Shown one piece after another: positions 56,137 to 64,000 of a stretch of DNA of 64,000 bases. The notes beneath the pieces are model-generated. The model ran no database searches. It saw only the letters and a list, made by a program, of their open reading frames with translations, and had not been told where the DNA came from. The stretch comes from Eledone cirrhosa (lineage: Eukaryota): contig OZ024751.1 in the NCBI GenBank assembly GCA_964016885.1, forward strand, positions 6,386,001 to 6,450,000, written 5' to 3'. Position numbers and translations under genes: made by a program. Within the stretch, counting starts at the first letter, position 1, and each line of letters starts with the position of its first letter.

Positions 56137-56185
<49 letters not shown>

Positions 56186-56789
56186 CACACACACACATAT
56201 ATAAATAAACATGTTTCATACACAATTACGGAAAAGCATGCAAAAAACGCTTGCGTAAAAAGGCAATAATAACAAAAATTACAGTAAATGCTTATATTAT
56301 CATATGCGCACAAAATATACGAAAACCTTTGTATGTTTATGTGTACACACATATATAACACGCAAATACAGATATACACATACAGATGCATAACTACATG
56401 TATAAACACAGGTACACGTGCTCATATGTACACACATATATGGTTATATATACACATATATACAGACGGTCATAAACGTACGCATATATACACATAATCA
56501 CCCACATAGTAACATGTATGAGTGGGTTAAGCTTTAAAAATAAAATGTTGAGAAAGGTTAAAGTGTGCAATTATATATAGAAAGGCGATGTGTTTGACGC
56601 ATGTGTAAAAAACCTCAGTAAAGGAAATGAAGAAGTCAATAAGTGAATAATATAGTTGTAATACAAAATAAGTGTTGAATGTGTATCATGATTTAGTGTT
56701 GGATATGAACCCAGGGTGGTTAGTATAACAGAGAGTGTTCAAGGTGGATGAGTGTCCAAAATTGTGTTATGATTATACAGCCGGGAAAT

Positions 56790-58890
56790 GAGATGAGTTC
56801 TTATATGTAGGCACATTTTTAAAATTTCACAGAATTTGAATTAAGACAAGTATTGGGAGATTCCATGTTTGTAGAATCCTGTATATTTCTGTTACACACA
56901 AGGTACAATTTCTAAGTGCGTTCTATATATTCTTTTGATTGGTCTAACATAGAGCAATTAATTTCAAGGGGATCCCAGGCTGTTTCACATCCCACACTAT
57001 ATTTGTCGGCGCCGTAGTTTTCTTTTTTTCCTGGTGTCGAAAGGAAGCGACATGTGCATTATATCTTTTTTTAAAGTATCCTGGGTCATGCCCCCATATC
57101 TTTCTCTGGTAGCAGGCTGGTTGGTTTGTGTTAACAGGTCTTATAGTGCCTCGTATACAACTTTCTACCAACATTAGTTATAACTGCTAATGAAAAGGCT
57201 GGTTTTAAACAGATTATTTTTCTCTTCTTATTGTTATGTTTAAAAGTATTTGTAGGGTTAGAAATATATTTAATTTGTCCACTAAATCCACTATTTTTAA
57301 GTACCTTATTATAGTAATGGGCTGCTTTATTAAATATATCTTCAGAAGAAGAGAGTTTAGATAACGTTCGGCTAATAGGGATGAGGTTTTAAATGATATG
57401 GGGGGATGTTTATTTATATATTTTAAATTTTCATTAGGTTTATGGTAAGGTTTAAAGGAAGCAGTAAGTAAATCAAGATTAATATCGAGGAAATGTACGT
57501 TGATTAGATTTGTATCTATAGTAATTTTAAGGTTTAGGTTAGAAAAAGTTTTTATTAAATCTTTACGAAATTTGTCAAGATTATGGCCATTGGTGGTGTG
57601 TGAGACTGCTAGTCCGTCATCTCGATATAAACTGATAGCATGATTTCGGAATTTCTGTTTTAGTGTGTGTAGGAGGAATACACAGAACAAATCAGATACA
57701 TCGACACTATCAAGAGAACCTATTGAGACATGAAAAGAATTTTCCGGGTTTGATATTTTTATGCAGGTTTCATCTGTGGCAAAAAGTAAAGTTTTCCTAG
57801 CATGCAAAATTACATCTTCTAGTTCCGATATATTAGCATAATGTTTAGCAAATTCTAATGCTTTGGTTAATAAGGAGTGAGTGAGAGGAGGGTAGAAGTC
57901 TACTATATCAAATTGAGTGAATCTAGATATATTTTTCTCTAGTATATCATTAAACCACCAAATCACTGAAGATGTATTTAATCATTGATAAAGTTCTGTG
58001 TTACTTCTTATTTGTTTGATGATATTTCTTGAGATTTTTTACTGGCAACCCAATTTCTGATTTAGCAGGGTTAATAAGTCTACAACTAGGTCTGTTTTTG
58101 AAATCTACTTTGTGATCTTTCAGTGTAATATAGGATTTACGTATTGTTAGGCTTTCAATTCGATTGTCTATTTTTAATTTACTTGCAATGTCTTTAGCTT
58201 CATTATTTATAGTAGTATAGGTATCAGTTTTGGCTTTTTGATATTTGGTAGTGATACTATCAGTTAAGAGTTGGTTATATAAATGGTTATTTACTTCATA
58301 TAAGTTTTTATTTTATCGGAAAATGCGAACATATTATTAGAAGACATAATATTAGAAATATCATTAGCAAGTTTAGTTTGAAAATTATTATTGTACTTAC
58401 GAAATTTTAGTTAGTTGATCATATTAACTAAGGTTTATTCAAAAGGGGCCATATCTTTAACTCTTGGTGGGTATTTGTATGATTTGATGTTAAAGTAATC
58501 CTTTGAATCTATGCCGAACTGTGCGTTAAAAATCATAGCCTCCCATCTCACTCTTTGTACGACATTCTCAAATTACTCAATTAAAATGTTGGTGTCAGAA
58601 ACATTAGAAGGTGTCGGAATGTTTTTAATAGAGTAATCCATATCATATATTTCCATAATTAATGTTGGTTAATTTCCTTATAATCCTAGAGTGCTCAACC
58701 TTTCGGGCTGGAAATTGCCAATCATATATATGCAGAATTTGCGTCGATCATTTCCGTTGGGAGCAGTTTAAATGTTAAGTATTTCCGAATAAAAACAAAG
58801 GAAAAAAGAGTGCTCTATGTATAATACAGAGCATTTTATTAGAAAGTAAACAATACAATATATAGCTACTCCATTACCAGAGGTTTCAGG
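56790..58890 (-). mobile_element. Decayed Nematis-like PLE ORF with upstream pseudo-LTR tail
   Basis: MDYSIKNIPTP..VQRVRWEA, LKDHK, QFDIVDFYP, LYRDDGL, FLDINLDL, YHKPN, KRYNAHVASFR; half HHR GAAACCTCTGGTA at 58875-58887. Confidence 0.88.
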
Positions 58891-59419
58891 AACCTAGACA
58901 AATACGAAATGAAAGTGAAATTCTAATAAAATTGAAAGTGAGGCTGGAAAATATAAAGGAAAACATACATAAGAAAGAATATATATCAAAAAGTATATAA
59001 ATAATTATATAAAATGATGTAAAAATTATGAAAATTATAAAAATGTAAATATATACACATGTAAACATATATATGGACGTATTCAGACATGTATATATAT
59101 ATACGACAAATACACATTCGCGTGCACATACATATATATGAAACAGACACATACGTATAAACACACTCACCTACATACGTATAACAAATATATATATATT
59201 AAACAAATATTAAGATAACGTCACGAATCGCTGAGACAAGGTGATACAAATCACACGAAGGCCAACTTTGTTACCTCTTCAGAGTCGATAAAATTATTCA
59301 TCAATCAATTACTGTTATCGATTTAACTGGACCTCCCATACCTCAACATTGCAGTCTAATGCACCGCTTCAAAAATTAAGGGTACAGATGATTATGCAGG
59401 CTCAGGCATAATGTATCTC

Positions 59420-59680
59420 AGAGATTCTCAAACGTGTTGCCCCCCTCCCCCCCCCCCACGGTCATGTAATATCCTTAGTGCTCCCAACCCTATTTCCAGT
59501 GAGACCTGCCTAAATGCAAATTGTAAATCATACATAATAGATAAAATCGTTAATTTATATATTATAATATAATATATCCTATATATAAATAAATATTATA
59601 TATATATATTTTTATTTTAATATCTATATATATAATATGTATCATTTGATATTTAATATACTATTATATCATATTTACCA
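59420..59680 (+). repeat. Dispersed repeat (second copy 63330-63695), hAT-like end
   Basis: Both begin cagagattctcaaac and share caaccctatttccag.gagacctgcc..gcaaattgtaaat. Confidence 0.6.
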
Positions 59681-59889
59681 CCTCCTAGATATGCTAAAAA
59701 CCCAGCGGGGCGGTAGCGCCCACTTCAATAACCTCTGGTGTATTTGAATAAAAAAAAAGATGCAATAGCCATTGATAAGCGTGATAGTTTTAGTATTTTA
59801 CCGTTTTAGACTGACGTGAGATATAACAAAAACAAAATATCAAAATGTTATTAAACTTGTACCAGCCCTGATCCATTTCTGTCGGCGGG

Positions 59890-60140
59890 CTGTGTCCTTG
59901 AGCAAGACACTGTATTTCACGTTGCTCCAGTTCACTCGGCTGGGAAATAGGGGAAATATGAATTGTACCTGCAATTCGAACGGCCAGCCTTGTCACATTA
60001 AGTGTCACGTCGGATCTTCCCTCAGAACAACGTTAAGTGTACGCGTGTTTGTGGAATGCTCAGTCACTTGTAAGTTAATTTCATGAGCCGGCTGTGCTGT
60101 TGATCGGCTCAACTGTAACACTTGTTGTCGTAACCTACAG
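59890..60140 (+). mobile_element. SINE of a second family (V/Meta-like core)
   Basis: gtgtccttgagcaagacact..cacgttgctccagt..actc.gctg. Confidence 0.65.
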
Positions 60141-60597
60141 AGTGCTTTCTCTTCCATTCCACCTGGCTCTGATGTTTGTAGGAAACTGTCATGAAATGAA
60201 ATCGATAATTATTAATACTGTTTCCTGCAAATATCGTTTGGCCTAATTCAAAACCAGTCCTTGCAGAAATTGAACTTAGAACGTATGATTATAAGAAAAC
60301 TGAACAGTGCAACGGATTCTGTCAGTCATTCATTAAGGGAAGACATTTTAAATACTATAAAACAAAAATACATAACCAATCCAAATATCGAAACATTTAC
60401 AAATAGAGTACATTAAAATCAACAACAACAATTGCAACTATTTCAGCAGCAGCAACAACTACGACGAAAATAAAAGCATCAGCAACACCACTAACAACAA
60501 TAATAGTAACAACAAAAGGATCACCCATATGAGAGACAGAAATTGATGATCACTTCAACCCTTAGACATCTTTGCTTATTTATTATGATTGTTTTGT

Positions 60598-60635
<38 letters not shown>

Positions 60636-60639
60636 GTAG

Positions 60640-60683
<44 letters not shown>

Positions 60684-60717
60684 TTATTAATGTTGTTGTT
60701 GTTGTTGTTGTTGTTGT
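60598..60717. repeat. (TAC)n/(TTG)n microsatellite
   Basis: Direct reading. Confidence 0.95.
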
Positions 60718-61321
60718 CACCATTATCATTGTTAGTTCGTTTTCTTTCTTCTTGTCTTATTATAACAAGATGCATTTCTCTTAAAAATGGAGACAAATTT
60801 CTTAGACCTAATGTGATGGAATTCCGACAAGATTCGTAGAATTAAGTCAAAACGGCACCAGTTAGAGCGACGGAAACTTAATGTCTATAGAATGACAGAT
60901 TCGTATTTGATTTCTTGCTTTTTTATGTCTTACTCATCTCATTTCTATTTTCATTTTTATTGTGTAACCTGTGCGTGATTTTAAGGCATTTTAAATTTCA
61001 GAATAGAAAATATACTAATGCAAAAATGAAAAAATAAAACCAAATATAAGAAAACGTCGATAGGTTTAGAGAACTCTTCTAAAATGTAGAAGTATTTATA
61101 TTTTATGAAATCATATCTTTAGTTTGCTACAAATACTTATAAACACAGTCTATCTATCCATCTGTAGGTATATATAAATGTATAGCGTTTGTGGAATATA
61201 TATATATATATATATATACATATATCTATATATATATAGTGCTTGTGGAATATATATTTATATAATGTTTGCGCAATGCACCCACACACACACATCTATA
61301 TATAATGTTTGCGGAATATAT

Positions 61322-61365
<44 letters not shown>

Positions 61366-61749
61366 CGTGTATACATATACATTGTATACGCATATATATA
61401 ACATATATAAATATACTCCGGAAAAAGAGTAAAGACATGTTTTTATATGTTCCAATTTTGAAACACTGAACTAACCGTAACGATGTACTAACTCAACTAG
61501 CTTCATCTTTCCTTTTATTTAACTATTTACACATCCATACTTTTAAAATAGCAAAATTCATGATTCATTTTGAAATATGTTTACATTAATCCATACACAA
61601 TATATCGCTATGGAAAAGGTGCTTCCTTCTTAGAAGCTTATAGATTTGATATACTCGTTTATTATTCATTCAAAAGGGTTACTGCCTCTCGCTCACCCCG
61701 TCTCTCACTAATATATGCAAATGGGAGCCCATTTACTGTCCTCCATATG

Positions 61750-61965
61750 GTCTTGGCGGACAGAATATAGAAAGCATTTCCCCGGCGGATGGTGAGAGAG
61801 ACGCTTTGGAAGAGCTTTTCCAGCCTTCTCTGCTTACACCTGCAGGCAGCCAACTTCCTGCCAATGGTGGTGACTAGGGAGATTGTCCTAGGACCAACGA
61901 CACCATACGTCTCCACTGCTACCGGCTCCAATGTAAACCCGTCGGAATGTGACAGATATTTGGTG
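61750..61965 (-). mobile_element. CRE-clade-like non-LTR retrotransposon RLE C-terminal fragment
   Basis: FTLEPVAVETYGVVG..IGRKL..LFQSVSLTIRRGNAFYILS. Confidence 0.75.
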
Positions 61966-63485
61966 AGTTAACCCTCCTGGGGCGAAGTGCAGTTGGGCAT
62001 GGATTAGAAACTTAGAAACTAAATCGCGATGTATTACGTATTTAAGAAACAACGTTGAACGTTAGGTCCCTTATGTTTTTCAATAGCTCATTCAGTGGTT
62101 TGATACTATATTCAGCCCTATATTCCGAACCTCTGCCAACTACCGTAGGGCTGTAGTCACGCATTATACATCTCTTTTTATTTTGACATTTCCGGTAACT
62201 TATTCTCTAGGTGTTTACATTTGAGAAGAATTTCAAACGCCTTTATTTAGAATGCGTTATTATTCTGTCATTCCAAATCAATTATGATACAGAACAGTAT
62301 CAATATTGTGATTTGTACGAGGCCTGTTACCAGACTACTAACAAAATTGACAGGAAGTCTCAATAAAAGTGTACCAAAGAAGGACATTATCGATGACTTC
62401 CGCTGCTGGTTCATCCTGGCATTTACAGGTAGAGAAGGAACATGAACAATGACCAGATAAATTATCTAAAAGAGAAGGGAGCTTGCAAATAAAGAACCAA
62501 AATTCAAAGCAGTCTATTGGGGTCATACAATAGGGAGGGAAAATCGATAGGAGAGGTGGTCTATTGTATGAGTTTCCACCCCCAAGACGCGTCAAGAATG
62601 GTTTTGAGGAGCATTCTCTTTACAGTAGAAACGAATAGTAAATCTAAAACCAACTACGAGGTTGCTCAGAAACCCCTGTTTTTAAATACCCACAGATTGA
62701 GGCTCCTTATAGATCGAACGAGATCATAATTTGTTCAATCACAGAAGGCAACCATCTGCATGGAGCACATAATTATCGAAGATAAAGATGAGATGAATAA
62801 TCAACAAGGATGATGTATTGGTCGAGGGAGAGGAAGGTTTTAGAAAAACGAAAAATGTTACTCGACAACAAATACGAAATGTGAGAACAAGTTGAAGTAA
62901 CAAGCATGTGAGTTGATTTACCCATCGTACAGCAAACAACGGCTTTACAGTCATTCTAAAGTCCAGCTATATTTTCGTCGAGATGGGCCGTGGGGGCGGT
63001 CATTTGCTCATAAAATTGAGAAATGGGGAGAGCGGGAAAAATGGGAGCAGTGACAGTGGAAGTTTGGCTCCTTTGTGTTCGGCCTCGTTTATATGGATAT
63101 ATTTATTTACAGCACTTACACACACACGCACCCAAGCATAGTTGACTAGGTTTGGCACTTCTTGTTTTGACCACAATATATCTCTTTTAGAGTACTATCA
63201 TACCAGTCCATAGGTTTGATCAATCATGAATGAAAAGAGTAGTGTGCTAATTATGGTGGTGGAAATCAGGCCGGATTTTAACTGACCGCGGAAATGATAG
63301 TTTCCTTGTGTAATCTATTCTAATAGAGCAGAGATTCTCAAACCATTTGGGCCACCGCCCACTAACGGCCACGTAATACCCTCAGCGCCCTTCAACCCTA
63401 TTTCCAGAGAGACCTGCCCACACGCAAATTGTAAATAATATATGATTGATAAAATCATTAATTTATATAGAATAAATAATATAAT

Positions 63486-63590
63486 TGTTTCTACTTTTGG
63501 CACAATGCCAGCAATTACACAGTGTATTACTGGTACTTTATGTTATCGACCCCGTAAGGATGAAAGGCAAAGTTAACCTCGGCGGGATTT
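63486..63590 (-). mobile_element. 5'-truncated SINE inserted in the dispersed repeat
   Basis: Core and tail; TSD ataaataatataat. Confidence 0.85.
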
Positions 63591-63707
63591 ATATAAATAA
63601 TATAATATACACTATGTATAAATAAATATTATATCTTTCTTTACTTTACTATATTTATACATATGTATGATTTGATATTTAATATACTATTACATCGTCT
63701 CTATAGT

Positions 63708-63925
63708 GGAGGCATGTAGCCTAGTGTTAAGTGTGTTATGATCATAATGCCTGGGATTCGATTCCTGGATTGTGTGTTGTGTTCTTGAACAAAACACTTC
63801 ATCTCACGTTGCTCCAGTATACTCAGCTGAAAATGAGTACTTGTCCAGGAGGAAGTATTGTACTATCAGTCGCTTCACGCCATGAAACCGGGAGAAGCCC
63901 CGACCAAATGAGCCTTCTGGGTTAA
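63708..63925 (+). mobile_element. SINE of the second family with tRNA head
   Basis: tagcctagtg..gggattcgattcc, then tgtgttcttgaacaaaacact..gttgctccagt. Confidence 0.65.
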
Positions 63926-64000
63926 GTCTCTACCACGCAATCTCCACAGCCTCCTTAGGCTGCAGCACTCACTGGGCCTCCTCAACTCCACCAGGGGGTG

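Noticed and set aside
60521-60839. Poly-Leu/Thr/Ser ORFs
   Set aside because: Trinucleotide microsatellite
62330-62970. Possible R4/Dong-like RT remnant
   Set aside because: Too degraded; no unambiguous motif

Overview
This is AT-rich, microsatellite-dense animal genomic DNA. The SINE family and repeat landscape suggest a cephalopod (octopus-like), which is an inference. Most of the supplied ORFs are (TA)n/(CA)n translation artefacts. The window is dominated by Penelope-like retroelements (PLEs; about 9 RT and/or GIY-YIG remnants of several clades) and their pseudo-LTRs, together with SINEs, LINE fragments (L1/Tx1-like, RTE, CRE) and a hAT-type MITE carrying a minisatellite. Six small phase-compatible candidate host exons lie on the + strand (3.5-34.9 kb). 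The main hidden signal is more than 20 type I hammerhead ribozyme (HHR) motifs read by eye. They include two non-coding, HHR-delimited repeat units that look like retrozymes: a 469-bp array inverted in its middle (47.5-49.7 kb) and a 990-bp unit (20.8-22.1 kb). There are also HHRs with helix II domains of 50-116 nt, U3-A8 compensatory cores, and family-specific palindromic helix III sequences. All folds are manual and no database search was run.
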